In this document: positions 30,636 through 42,532 of the stretch, one piece after another
Position numbering within the stretch: the stretch's first letter is position 1
Layout: each line of letters opens with the position of its first letter
IMG/VR virus record: IMGVR_UViG_3300002220_000024
Span: 543 to 64,542 of that record
Strand: one strand, 5' to 3'
Source: a virus
Lineage: Duplodnaviria; Caudoviricetes
Length of the DNA stretch: 64,000 nt
The notes under the pieces: generated by a model
The model's input: only the letters and a program-made list of their open reading frames with translations
Told to the model about the DNA's origin: nothing
The model's database searches: none
Position numbers and translations under genes: made by a program

Positions 30636-31611
30636 GATTCTCCATCTTAGAAAGATAAAAGTTTACTTCATCAACAAGTGTTGTTTTTTGTCCACGAATA
30701 TTCAACATCTTACGATTAGGAACAGTTAATTCAGAACCAGTTGTAAGTCTACCAATAGCAATCTCTCTAGCTCTTTGTTTATGAAATGAATCATTCTTAT
30801 TACAGACAGAAATGCCAACATTACCATCTTCAAAAACTAAACAAGTAATAGGACGCTTATGTAATACTACAGAAATCTCAAAAGATTTTTGAATAATTTG
30901 TGGTACTACTTCATAAATATATCGGGTTTGCATAATCACTCCTCAATAAAAGAAAAATTGTAAGATTCAAGATCAACTTCAGGAACAGTAGGTGAAATAT
31001 TAACAGATAAAAAACTTTCATCTGGTTTTACATTAACACTATCAATATCAACAAAACCAAAAGGTGTTGTATAACCAATAGTAACTTCTAATCCTTGTGG
31101 CAATGGAAGGTTATCATCCATTTTATCAAGAATTGTCTTCAGTTCAGCAACAGTGTAAGCAACTTTCATTTAATCACCTTAAAGCAAGATAGTATCGTAA
31201 AAAGAATTAAAGACGCTATAGGAATAATAAAAGGAACATACCAAGGAATTAAAGACTCGATATATTCACGAAACTCAAAAACACTCATTTTAGTCCTTGT
31301 ATTTATTGTTCGTAAAAGTATGTATGATTAATTTTTTCTTCATGAATTACTTTATCATTTTCATCAGTAACAATTAATTTGGCCGTATAATCCTTAATAT
31401 TTGCTAATGAGGGAATAGTAAAACAATCAGAAATAACCTCAATTTGACATTCTTTGTCTGGTGCAAAATCAGAAACATCAAACCCAACTAAGTTAGCCAT
31501 TTCTAAAACAGCCTTTTGACCATCTTCACACATCTTTTCAAACATTCTATCATCAAGAAGTGATAAAGAATTCTTAATAACTCGTTCCAAATCTGCTTTT
31601 GTAGCCTTCAT
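30613..31611 (-). other. Three hypothetical CDS (30613-30939, 30936-31169, 31303-31611)
   Basis: First has the common phage motif G.S.C...D.F.K..AR.IA..R. Confidence 0.55.
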
Positions 31612-31664
31612 AATTAATCCTAAATAAACTGAGATAGAACAACGATTCTTACTTGACAGCCCTA

Positions 31665-31693
31665 ATTATACCAGACGACCAATCGGTAGTCAA
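31665..31693 (-). promoter_or_regulatory. Promoter module P7
   Basis: TTGACT-ACCGATTGGTCGTCTGG(17)-TATAAT. Confidence 0.85.
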
Positions 31694-31704
31694 CGTTCCG
31701 TTCA

Positions 31705-32447
31705 TTATTTTTTACGAAGTTTTTCAGAATGAAGTTTAGCCTGAAGGCTTCCAGCGGGACCATTATTATGAATTAGAAGACTACAACTCTTACCTAAAAC
31801 GCAGTGTGAGTCATCATCATCTAATGGTAAACCTAATTCTTTAGCTTCTTGCTCTGAATAAACAACCTGACTAAAAGGTAAATTAAACTTATCAATTAAA
31901 TTATAATTGCAACTAATGCAAAATTAGAAGGGAATAAGTCTAGGTGTTGTGTAACTAAACGAAGGCTCTTAGTATATCCATAAAATTTAGTATTCTTATT
32001 TTCCCTAGCTAAATTAAAATAAGCAAATAACTGCTCTTTATTAAACACATCACCAGAAACATGAAAACGAACAATACCAGTATTTTTTGGGAATACTCGC
32101 AACAATTCCTCAGTAATATCTGAGTTAGTCTTTAAAGACTTCATTAGATCAAAGTTTGCTTTTCGTAGATTATATACTCCGGTATAAACAACCTCTTGTG
32201 AAGCAGAAAAACACCTAAACTCCATATCCTTTCCGTCCACCAATTTACGTTTACCATTATCTTCTACTACTTTAGATAAACATTCATTTGCTCCTGGACA
32301 ACTATGACCAGAAAGAAGGTCAAAAGAAAAGATTTGCTTTCCTGTTTTTTTGTTGAATTTACGAAGTTTATAAACTTCATGTAATTTTTTAATCTTAGTA
32401 TTTGCCGGGCTAAATTTAAACATTATATCTCCAAAAAATAAGGACAA
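31705..32447 (-). pseudogene. Gp88-like (radical-SAM-related) phage gene broken by a frameshift near 31905
   Basis: CPGA..C..C, RFHVSGD, YTK; after ..FALVA the C-terminal part continues in another frame (YNLIDKF..VVYSEQEA..LGLPLDDDDSH..LLIH..PAGS) to TAA at 31705. Confidence 0.65.
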
Positions 32448-33098
32448 AATCCACCATTACTACAACCAGGAATAGGCAATAACATTTCCTGATGACCTTT
32501 AACATCAGGTCCAAGACTATCAATATCTCTGTACCAGGTCTTTGAATACTCTGATCTTATTTTATTTAGCGTTACAATCAGATGAAAACCACCTCTTGTT
32601 TTTAATACTTTAATAGCATCTAAATTAATATATTCAGCTATATCGTAGCTAATGTCCTCAAAATCAATATTATCAAAATCAAAATCTACAAACAACTTAC
32701 GTTTGAATTTCGGTCATTGCAAGTTGATAAGTATTATAAAATTCATACTTTTTAGTAATCTTGTCAGCTAAAGTTTTTAGTAATTGTTTTGCTGCAACTT
32801 CATGACAACGAGGATTAGGAGTTATATAAACCGCTAAACATTCGTTTGGTAACACTACTTCTCTATTCTTGTAATATCCTAAAGGAATCTCTAATTGTTT
32901 AAGTTTCTCTTTTATCCTATTCTTTTTACAAGCAAACCTATTCAATGATTGTTGTCCACTTTGGATCGTTCCTTGTCCAAGATATTTCTTTCTTCCAAAC
33001 ATTTGTACATAGAAAACCTCTGAATCTTCTAAGTCTGGCAACCACTCAATAAAATTATCAAGCTTTTCTTCATCAACAATTATTTTGTAGTTTGTCAT
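32423..33098 (-). pseudogene. Probable single gene split by a frameshift near 32700 (ORFs 32697-33098 and 32423-32695); primase-polymerase-like motifs
   Basis: ..MTEIQ then KRKLFVDFDFD in the +1 frame with no good start; DxD, TRGGFH and PIPG motifs in the second half. Confidence 0.55.
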
Positions 33099-33348
33099 TA
33101 ATCAACCTTTCAATATCATTATCATAATTTCTTTGAAGATTTAACCAAAACTCTCTGGTTCCACCATAAAGAGCTAATTTTCCAGCAATAAAATCATTAA
33201 TATAGATTCTACCTTCTAGAAGCTCATAAACATATTCAACAGGAATATTAATCATATCAGCAAAAATTCTTGCTGAACCATCACAACGATTATCAACGTG
33301 TTCTTGAATAATTCTGCAAGGATGCACTGCATAATCTGGTTTAAACAT
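33073..33348 (-). CDS. HigA-like HTH antitoxin (orphan)
   Basis: AVHP..II.E, HTH core, G.TREFWLNLQ.NYD. Confidence 0.7.
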   Translation of the reverse strand: MFKPDYAVHPCRIIQEHVDNRCDGSARIFADMINIPVEYVYELLEGRIYINDFIAGKLALYGGTREFWLNLQRNYDNDIERLINDKLQNNC

Positions 33349-33349
33349 T

Positions 33350-34669
33350 TTATTCTCCTAAACTTTCTTGTGATTCAATATCAACATCACCCTTGTCTAA
33401 GGATTTTGTTTCTCTTTCTAAAAAGGTAAAACTCTTTAATTTAAATGCTTTCTTACTTCTACTTTCATTCCTAAAACATATTCCTTCAGCAGGAACTTTA
33501 TTATTACAAATCTCACAATCTTTTTCAAGATATTTTTCTTTTAGTTGAGCTAATGTAAAATTAACTGGACCATAATAATATTCAGGAACATGATCTATTT
33601 CATGTGATTCACAATGATTCTTAATAGAAGCCCAATCCCATTCAAAAACATCACCAGAAGAATTTGTTGTTGTAATTCTGTAAACAAAAACCTTAAATTC
33701 TCCTTCCTTACATCCATAATCATAATCTTTTTGAATCATTCCACCAGAAGGTAAATAACCAACAATTTCACAATATAAACTCATTCCGTCTTTCAAAGCA
33801 TGTTTGATTCTATCATGAGCTAAGCCCCAAACATCTTCTTTATAGAAATGCTGTCCATCTTTCTTATTTTCTCCTACAGATTTAATAACCTTACGAGAAG
33901 AATAAATATAATCATATTCTGTTTCTTGAACTTTAACACCAAAGAATTTTGCAATCTTATCTTTTAGTGATAATTTCTTTTTAACAAGTAATTTTGACGA
34001 TACTAAACTTGTTCCGTGAACTTTATTTCCGATTACACAAATATCACCAGGACTTAAAATATATTCATTGGTAGCTAACTTTTCTGTGTCGTAATGAAGT
34101 CGAAACTGATTTTCAACTAAACCAAGATCAACTACAATCTTTTCTTTTTTCTGTCCATTATTTACTCTTAGTTCACGAATAATATACTTCTTACATATTT
34201 GAATATCTCCACAAGAATCAAACACATCACCAATTTGGTAATCAAGTTTTTCTCCTATTTTATCCATTAAGAATTCATTTAAAGAAGAAACTTTAATAAT
34301 AAAACCTTCTGATGGAACTGCTCGTAGTTTTAATGCTTTAATTCTGCAAGACTGCTCAAAAAATCCAGAATTATTCTTGTTCTTATTTAAGTCTTTTTCT
34401 CTATATAAAGACAGAAAACCAATAAGATCTTTATTAATTTGACTTTCAAGTGGAAAGAATACTACTTCATCACCTTCTGAATAATTTACATTATCGGTAA
34501 TAACATTACATCCTTGAATAGTCCAGATAATTAGACGATCCGCATTTGGATGTTTTACACTCTTTTTAAGAGTAACAATTTGTGCAGCATAATTTGGATT
34601 AAATTTCTTTGATTGTTGTGTCTTCATATTATACTTCTTCCACAATGCAGGTTTTTTCTTCTGTATCAA
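33350..34669 (-). CDS. RNA ligase (DRB0094-like, N-terminal OB-like plus nucleotidyltransferase domains)
   Basis: KHPNADRL, LR..PSEG, HYDT, KVHGTS (motif I variant), CEIVG, FVYRI, EGI.FR, FKLKS..FL; probable start about 34624. Confidence 0.8.
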   Translation of the reverse strand: MIQKKKPALWKKYNMKTQQSKKFNPNYAAQIVTLKKSVKHPNADRLIIWTIQGCNVITDNVNYSEGDEVVFFPLESQINKDLIGFLSLYREKDLNKNKNNSGFFEQSCRIKALKLRAVPSEGFIIKVSSLNEFLMDKIGEKLDYQIGDVFDSCGDIQICKKYIIRELRVNNGQKKEKIVVDLGLVENQFRLHYDTEKLATNEYILSPGDICVIGNKVHGTSLVSSKLLVKKKLSLKDKIAKFFGVKVQETEYDYIYSSRKVIKSVGENKKDGQHFYKEDVWGLAHDRIKHALKDGMSLYCEIVGYLPSGGMIQKDYDYGCKEGEFKVFVYRITTTNSSGDVFEWDWASIKNHCESHEIDHVPEYYYGPVNFTLAQLKEKYLEKDCEICNNKVPAEGICFRNESRSKKAFKLKSFTFLERETKSLDKGDVDIESQESLGE

Positions 34670-35787
34670 TAATTAATGTAACTACTTCACCGTATCTAAA
34701 CCATTTTTTAACTAATGATTCAATCTTTTTCTTTTCACTATAAAACAAATCATCAAGTTCTTCTGATTCTGAAGCACCACCAATTTCATCTTCTAATGCA
34801 TTTTCAATTGCAAAGTCAAGTGCATCAGGACACTTCATTACTACTCTTAGTTTCATTATGTTTTAACCTCAATAGCGGCTTCAACTAAAGATTGGAATTG
34901 ATAAAGAGGTAAAGAATCATACATCATTTTAAGATCAAAATAATTCATATCTGGATAAATCCTTTGTAAATCATCCATCGACATATTTTTTCGTGGAGTA
35001 TCAAACTTTACAATATAGATTGGCTTTTGTCTCCAATCTCTATCTATCAAATCCAGATTAGTAAAATCACTTTTACCACCCATTTGAAGAATGAATACTT
35101 CTGAGGTTGTCATACCTACAATAGTATAATCATTAATTCTTTCGTTAAGTTGATACATTTTCCTGTTTCCTTTTTTGTTTTTGTAGATCGTTTAAAATCT
35201 CACCATAATTCCACAAACTATCAACCATCCAATTATATCCACAAAAACCATTCTTTCTATATTTTTCTAGCTTTCTTGACTCACTAGAATCAATTTCTTT
35301 AACAGTGATTCCTGCACCCCAACCATCACCAAAATTATAGTAATGATACCCAATTAGAGATATAGCTTTCTTAATATCTTTTTCTGATCTAACACTCTTA
35401 CGAATAATATATCTTTTATCTTCGCCAGACCATCTACCATTCCATGACCCAACATTAGGCATAGATAATTCAAAACTAATAATCATTTTATTCCGCCAAC
35501 CAAGCAAAAAGTTCTTTTGATGTTTCAAATTCGTAGACAGTAAAAAGTGAAGAAGAAATAAGATTTTTAATAACGTCAACTAATTTTTCTGAATCATGTC
35601 CATCCCAAGCATTTCCTTTTGTAACACTTTGACAACAAAATGCTGAATATTGACCATTATAAAAATTCCTTCTAGTAAGGGATCCTTTTAATCCATTTTT
35701 ATTAGATACTCCATAATACCTATTAGTATTAACATTCAATAATTCAACAACAGCAACTTCTGGTTTTTCTAAAACAACTTTCTTCAT
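34629..35787 (-). other. Four hypothetical CDS (34629-34856, 34856-35158, 35145-about 35486, 35488-35787)
   Basis: Contiguous ORFs; third probably starts at MIISF. Confidence 0.6.
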
Positions 35788-35824
35788 TTTATGTTCCTTG
35801 TAAGAGGGTGACTTGACAGACTAC

Positions 35825-35853
35825 ATTTTACAGCACGACCATTCGCTAGTCAA
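35825..35853 (-). promoter_or_regulatory. Promoter module P8
   Basis: TTGACT-AGCGAATGGTCGTGCTG(17)-TAAAAT. Confidence 0.8.
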
Positions 35854-35872
35854 GTGTGATTTCATAATTTTT

Positions 35873-36115
35873 TCAGTTTAGTGACGGTTCAGTATTCACT
35901 TTTTGACGCATTAAAAGCGTGTAGGTGTGATTAACATAAAGATTTAGAATATACTCATATACATTGAAAAATCTTGGATCTAAAGCTAAAACAGTAAGAT
36001 ACCCAATCATATAAGTATAAACTTCAATATCTTTTTTCTTGATAAAATCAAGTTTGTCATCAATAGAGATATCTAGGTTTTCTAAGCATTGATTTCCAAA
36101 ACTATTGTTTTCCAT
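35873..36115 (-). CDS. Hypothetical protein
   Basis: ORF ending at the P8 upstream TGA. Confidence 0.55.
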   Translation of the reverse strand: MENNSFGNQCLENLDISIDDKLDFIKKKDIEVYTYMIGYLTVLALDPRFFNVYEYILNLYVNHTYTLLMRQKVNTEPSLN

Positions 36116-36776
36116 TTATAAATTCCTTAATAGTAATATTTGATGCCCCTCTTAAAGGCCAAGTATAAGAGCTGTTATTTTCTTTGATCCAAAACCATCC
36201 ACCAGACACTACTGACGTTAATTTGTTATTATAAAAAACTGGCCCGCCACTATCTCCTGGTACCAAATTTACATCCAAAAACATATTCCTGGTTTTAGGT
36301 CCAATTCGACTACCAATAAAAACCCGTAAATTATTTCTATTAGGAACTAAACCATATTTTCCACCTAAACCATAAACAACACCAGTTGGATTATCACCAT
36401 CATAAACTTCAACAGCATTAACATCCTTATGAATATAAGCTCCTAAAAGCATAAGATCAGCCTCTTTATCCGTTTTAAGAACAGCGGCTTTAGTTTTCTT
36501 TCCATTAAAAAACACTATTTCAATATCTTGTTTTGCAGCATGTTCACAAGTTAAAATTTTTCCAAGAACATAATCTGGATTAGTGCTTGATACTTTATCT
36601 GTTTTTTCAACAATAACACCAGTAACACCAGCTTTAGTTAATTTTCCATCTATAACTTCAGAACCAGTAATTGCTACAACAGACTTTACTAAATTATCAT
36701 CTGGTTCAACGAATGTCCAAGTCTCTGCATATAAATTAACAGGGAATAATATTAGTGCTAATAGTAGTAGTTTCAT
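36102..36776 (-). CDS. Secreted trypsin-like serine protease
   Basis: Signal peptide MKLLLLALILFP..YA; triad ILTCEH, ADLMLL, GDSGGP. Confidence 0.85.
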   Translation of the reverse strand: MKLLLLALILFPVNLYAETWTFVEPDDNLVKSVVAITGSEVIDGKLTKAGVTGVIVEKTDKVSSTNPDYVLGKILTCEHAAKQDIEIVFFNGKKTKAAVLKTDKEADLMLLGAYIHKDVNAVEVYDGDNPTGVVYGLGGKYGLVPNRNNLRVFIGSRIGPKTRNMFLDVNLVPGDSGGPVFYNNKLTSVVSGGWFWIKENNSSYTWPLRGASNITIKEFINGKQ

Positions 36777-36789
36777 TCTTTCTCCTTGT

Positions 36790-37938
36790 TTAATAACATA
36801 ATTCTTTCACATCAATTCCTAAAAACTTAATCATCTTTCTAACAGCATCTATTCCTAAACTATCCTTGTAAATAACATCAAATTCAAAAGCTCTTTGACC
36901 ACCAAAATCCTGATTATAATAGGGAATAGTAATCTCTTTAAGGTTAAAGACTTTTTTGTGGTTCAATAAAAATTCTCCTAACCTATTCCATTTCCAATTA
37001 TGATAACACTCACATTCTGAACTACTTTCTTGGAAACCTCCAATATATCCACAATTTCTTAGAATAGGAATTGGTTGATTTCTATAATCTCTTAAAGTAT
37101 GATCGTACCAACAAACATTGAATAGATTTTCCTTTTTGAATTCGTTATTCTCAAAGTAGGTTTTATAATCTTTTACTACATACTCTTCTGGAATATCATC
37201 TATATAGTGGAAATATTTAGTTTGGAATAATTCAAGAAACTTTTTCTTATTGTTTGTGTAAGTAAAATGAGTAGAGTTTTTAAAACTACAAGGAATAGAT
37301 TGACCTACAATTTTATCATTTGTATAATTTACTACCAGATTAATGTCGGTGAAAAGATTATATTCTTCTTTTTTAAATCGAGTAACGTACTCTGTTGTTT
37401 TAGTTAACTGCATTTTCTATTTCCTTAAATCTTTCTTTCCTTTTTAAAGCGATATTTCTTTCTAGTCTTTGTTGTGCAAATTCTAAATTAACAGCACATA
37501 GAAAAATACTTTCAAGTTCATTCATCTTGTAATTTTCAGAATATTTTTCAATCAATGGTCTTAAAGCATGAGTTACTTCACAATCAATCGCATTCGCATC
37601 TTCATTATAAGTTTCGTAAACTTCGTGGAACAAAGGTAGTTTCACTTTCTCACCCATTCAATAATAACCCTTTCTTCTGGTTTTACTTCATAAGAATCCC
37701 AAGGATCAATAGTTACTCCATCATAAGAGTAATAGTATCCATCACAACGATAGATTTCTTTTTGCATATCTTTTTCTACAGAGAAAACAACAAAATACGA
37801 AATACCCTGATCCTCCCCTCCATATTGTTCAAGACAAGTTAAAATATAACCACCAATTTCGTATGGTCTATTTTCATAAGGAAACTCTAAAAATTCCTTA
37901 ACTTCTGAAGAATTATCTTCTAACAATGCTTTAATCAT
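36790..37938 (-). other. Three hypothetical CDS (36790-37413, 37400-37657, 37642-37938)
   Basis: ORF track. Confidence 0.6.
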
Positions 37939-38804
37939 TTTACCCTCTCTAAATAATCTTTTTCTTGGTTAAACAAACTTAAAAAATCAACAGGATCATC
38001 CTTAATTTCAAAATAGTTATCAATAGCAAAATCTCTAAACCAATTGCTGGTTAAAGTCGTTGCAATTTTATCTAAGGCTTTGTAAAAAGCTAAATATTGT
38101 GGCATAGGTTTTTCTCCCCTAACTAAATAGGGAATAATAAACCTTTCTAACGCAATAACATAAGCTTCTTCTCTTACACACCTAATTTTATCTTCGTGAT
38201 GAAGCATGTTCCATAGAGTTCTTTCACATTTAGCTAGTGATCCATCTACTTTTAGTGTTTCATAAATAGGTTTGTCATAATAAGCTACAACCTTATGTAA
38301 ATCATCATGTACATAATACTTAGTCACAGTATCATCAAAAAATTCCTGATTCGTTTTATTTAATGAAGGAACTCTATCACCATATTTTTCTTTTGTTAGT
38401 TTTGTTCTTTCTTGTAAAAGAGAAAGATTAACTGGCCAACTACCAATATCCTTACATTCTTTCTTAATCAATTCTAGTTCGTGAATATGTTTTAAGAATT
38501 TTAATGGGCGATGAACATGACTACGCTTTTGAATGTATAATTCTTCAAGAGTACAAATAGTATAGTTAAACCACCACTCATTATTTTTTGTGTGATATAG
38601 TGTTTCAATACCACCAACAAACTTACTATTATTCAAACACTCTCTATTCAAGAATTCTACATTATCAACCTTAATAGCATCCTGACCACAAAAAGAAAGT
38701 TCTATCTTATTCAATTCCGCTTCAGAAGCAATAAAATCCCAATCAGAATTTTCGTTGTTTCTATTGAGATAAAAATCTAAAGCACGAGAGCCAGTTAAAA
38801 GCAT
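37935..38804 (-). CDS. Conserved phage protein with nucleotidyltransferase-like N-terminus
   Basis: TGSRA..DWDF (GS..DxD); FFDD.V...Y.HDDLH, EE..VIALER recalled from other large phages. Confidence 0.55.
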   Translation of the reverse strand: MLLTGSRALDFYLNRNNENSDWDFIASEAELNKIELSFCGQDAIKVDNVEFLNRECLNNSKFVGGIETLYHTKNNEWWFNYTICTLEELYIQKRSHVHRPLKFLKHIHELELIKKECKDIGSWPVNLSLLQERTKLTKEKYGDRVPSLNKTNQEFFDDTVTKYYVHDDLHKVVAYYDKPIYETLKVDGSLAKCERTLWNMLHHEDKIRCVREEAYVIALERFIIPYLVRGEKPMPQYLAFYKALDKIATTLTSNWFRDFAIDNYFEIKDDPVDFLSLFNQEKDYLERVK

Positions 38805-40124
38805 TTAATTTTCTCTGCAATTTCAAGAATTAAATCGTTTGGAATATTCTTACAATCTGTACTCTGACTAATTTTTGTTCCATCTTCTGAGATTACTACA
38901 TTAAATCCTTTAGAGGAAAAAGTAACATCTTTCTTAGGAAACTTTCCAGTCTTCAAAAATACTAGAAGTTCATGGAAAGAAACTTCTTTGTCATCATCTC
39001 GATTATCTCCATAACAAATATCTTTGTCTTCGTAAATAAATAGATAAGGAACTTCTGTGTAGTAAACATTCTTTCCTAGTCCATTCCAACACCAACCATA
39101 ACTAAACAAAACCTCTTGAACTAAAGGTGATGTTTCTGGTGTTACCTTAATACAACAAATTGCACTCATTTTATTTTTCCTTTTTATACCTTACTTAATT
39201 CTACAGTTTGATTACCTTGAAAAGAAAACTCTTCATCTTGCTTAATTGTTTCTACAGCCTGAATAAGAATAACTCTAAGAAAATCATCATCTGGAGTAAT
39301 TCTTGCTTCTTTAACACAATTTTCTAGCTCTTCAATTGAATGAAAATAAACACACCCGCTACTAGAAATAGAACTATCTTTAATATCAACAACGTAATCG
39401 TCATCAGTATAAATGTATAGTTCGTACTTAAAAGGAAAAAGAGTGGCAATAGTTTTACATATCTCTTTTTCTTTCTTTCTTAGTTCGGTCAATTCAATAA
39501 CTGCTTGTTTCATTCTTTCATCTTCATATTCTCTATCAACAGAAGGCAAAAGTCCGCGATTGAATATAAGGCTATAAACCGTTGCGTTTGAAATTTTATT
39601 CATGCTAATATAAAACCTCACCATCCAAATCAAAAATAGTAAATCCAGAACCTAAAAACACTTGATCTAGTTCTGTAATTTTATCAATCATATCTTGATT
39701 AAAAGTCGTAGTACAAGTCCAACCTCTTTTAACAAAGGAATCTTTCTCTAGCTCTGCACGAAAGATAATTTGATTCAGATACAGTTTCTTTTCGCCAAAA
39801 TCTGTATGAGCTAGAAGATGAACAACTCTACGTGAGCTAATATCTACTGTTAATTTTCCAATAGGAAGTTGTGTTGTTATTTTCATTTTAATAATCCAAT
39901 CCTACTTCATAACCAGCAATAAAAGAAGAAATCATATTCATGGCAAGATCATTAATCTCAAAACTACCATCTAAATTGTCAACACCTAAACCAATTTCGT
40001 TTCCATTAACGACAACTTGAATAATAGGTTTGGATAACCAGTGACTAAATATATTATCCTGCATAATAGGAATTAGTCTAGTTAATTCTTGTTCTGTTAG
40101 TTCAAAGTACATTAACATTTTCAA
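38795..40124 (-). other. Four hypothetical CDS (38795-39169, 39184-39633, 39605-39886, 39888-40124)
   Basis: ORF track. Confidence 0.6.
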
Positions 40125-40161
40125 ACCTTAAAAGAGTAACTTACCGTCCCGTCATGCTACC

Positions 40162-40190
40162 ATTTTACCACTGATTCATTCGTTAGTCAA
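40162..40190 (-). promoter_or_regulatory. Promoter module P9
   Basis: TTGACT-AACGAATGAATCAGTGG(17)-TAAAAT. Confidence 0.8.
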
Positions 40191-40207
40191 GTACAAACTC
40201 AGAATTT

Positions 40208-40834
40208 TTACAGATGCGGAACATTTCGCGATTCATTCCTTGGTCGCATCGACCAATTATAGTCAAGCAAATAATTGTGAGAGTTTCCTTCAAGATCAAA
40301 CCTCTTATCAGAGAATGTCAATTTAACAAAAGTTCTAACACCATCTTCAATTTCTCCTACTTTATGAATACAATATTGATCCAAACATAGAATAGAATTA
40401 AGAGGGAATGTAACATTATTCTCTGGTAATGCTTGTTCTTCCATTTCCTTTAGTGATAACTGGTCATCTTGACTAAGAATAAAAGGGGAAGTATTAAATA
40501 TGGTGGGTTGAGAATCACAAAATAAATAGTTTATATCATCTGACATATAAGAATCAGAATGAAGACCTTTACGATTAAATCCACATCCATTTCTCTGAAA
40601 CATCCTTTTTGCAGTTAAATAAACATACATAGAACGATATTTATCTACACCAAACCTATTATTATAGTGGTGAACTACATCATCAATTAAATTAGTAAAA
40701 GGCCACAACCTTTCTTCTATTCTGTAGTAACTATGACCAGGCATTTTAATTGGTAGGTATTGATAAGTAAAAAATTCTCTCCTACCTTCATCTTCGAAAA
40801 AATAACCAACTACTTCTGGTAATTTGCCGTACAT
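40208..40834 (-). CDS. 2OG-Fe(II) dioxygenase-like protein
   Basis: R.GLHSD (HxD), distal IH, RTFVKL. Confidence 0.65.
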   Translation of the reverse strand: MYGKLPEVVGYFFEDEGRREFFTYQYLPIKMPGHSYYRIEERLWPFTNLIDDVVHHYNNRFGVDKYRSMYVYLTAKRMFQRNGCGFNRKGLHSDSYMSDDINYLFCDSQPTIFNTSPFILSQDDQLSLKEMEEQALPENNVTFPLNSILCLDQYCIHKVGEIEDGVRTFVKLTFSDKRFDLEGNSHNYLLDYNWSMRPRNESRNVPHL

Positions 40835-42443
40835 GATTTGATATATTCTTCTAGGGTAAGTGGATAATTTGTTTCTTTAAGATAAGATTCTATACCATCA
40901 TTATAAGCATTTACCTGATCCCAATTTTTGTATTGGTTATCATAGATAAATTCTTCTGCATCACATCTACCTACATCAAAACAGGATTGATAATCATTCA
41001 TTTATAACCTCTTTAGAAACTACTTCCCAACCATGAATATCATATAGATGTTTTAATGTTTTATTAATACAATCTATAGATTCAGATCTACAAGTATAGA
41101 AAAATTCATCACCATATTCTGACCAAAAATATCCAAAATAAGAATACTGAATGACAAATTCTTCTTTTGTCTGATCTGTAAAGATATTATATTTGGTTTC
41201 TTTTACAATTCTAAGTTTCATCTATAAACCCTAAAGAAGTAAATAGCAATTTCTTGTTTAATAATCAAAGGAACAAAACCAAGATATTCTAAATTTTGTG
41301 GATGAATAGATATGTCTTGACCTGTCTTGTATCCACAAATCTTATATTTTGTATCTCCACCAAAAATACAATCCTTTTCTAGTGTAAGATATATTTTTCC
41401 TTCATTAATAGAAACAAAACCAGGTTCAGTATTCATTTCTGTTTCAATCACTTGTTCTTCTAAAACTCCTAATTGAATAACAAGAGGATCTTTTACCTCA
41501 TTAATTCTTTCTGCTTTTAGAAAGCGCTTTTCAAACTTAGGCTCTAAATCTGAATCAACAATAAGCCATGCAAAATAACCTAAATAGAACTGGTCATCAA
41601 CATAACTAATTCTAATACACTTTCCTTCTGGACACCAGGCATAAGGTTTTCCGTTTTCAACACCTACCGGATATTTTAGGATTCTAAACATTTAAAACCT
41701 CTCAATAATTTTGTCAGCCATATCATTTACTAACTTAGATAAAAGTTTACCACCAATATCTATCATATTAACTGGTGTTGGTTCTAAATTTTTCCAATCA
41801 ACATCTAGTATTGATATTAATTGTTCTTCATCAAGATTTGGTCTATACTTTTCCCAATTTTCAAGTATAGTACAAACAATATTTGTTTTGACTTCAATTC
41901 GTTGTTCTTCTGTCATATTAATTCCTTCAATAATTCATCTTGTTCCATTATTTCTACAAACGCTTTGTTCTTACATACTAATTTTTCACCTACTACATGA
42001 ATAATAATAGGAGAATTATAATATAAGGTTATTCTGTGGCTAGAACCTAAATGAGTATCTATTTCACTGATACAAATAAAGGTTTGGGCTAATTCTTTTA
42101 ACCTCAAAAAAATGTCTAAATGTGTGTGATTTGATCCCATTATTTAGGACGTTACACTCACACCAAAGAAAGTTGTTAACATTAGATTCAATTCTTCTAC
42201 AGTAGAATATAATTGTTTAATTGGCTTTTGAATTTTATTTCCTTGAGCAGTACGCTTTAGAATAATAAACTTGTCATAGATATTGGCATAAACAAGAACT
42301 GTACCAGGAATCTTACGTCCACTTCTAATCCATTTTTTAACACCATCTACTTCAATTTCTACAAGATGATGTTGATTGTTCTTTACTTCTACTACTTGAT
42401 TTCCAACGATTTGCATTTTCTTTTCCTTATTAATTACGAACAA
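40810..42443 (-). other. Six hypothetical CDS (40810-41001, 40994-41221, 41218-41691, 41692-41916, 41913-42140, 42144-42443)
   Basis: ORF track. Confidence 0.6.
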
Positions 42444-42453
42444 AAATAAACAG

Positions 42454-42524
42454 TAGCCCTACCAGAATTTGAATCTGGACCTAAATTTTAGAAGAATTTT
42501 GTGCATCCCTTACACCATAGAGCC
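42454..42524 (-). tRNA. tRNA-Arg(TCT), isolated
   Basis: GGCTCTA/TAGGGCT, AAATT-CTTCTAA-AATTT, CCAGA-TTCAAAT-TCTGG; no CCA. Confidence 0.85.
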
Positions 42525-42532
42525 ATATTAAA

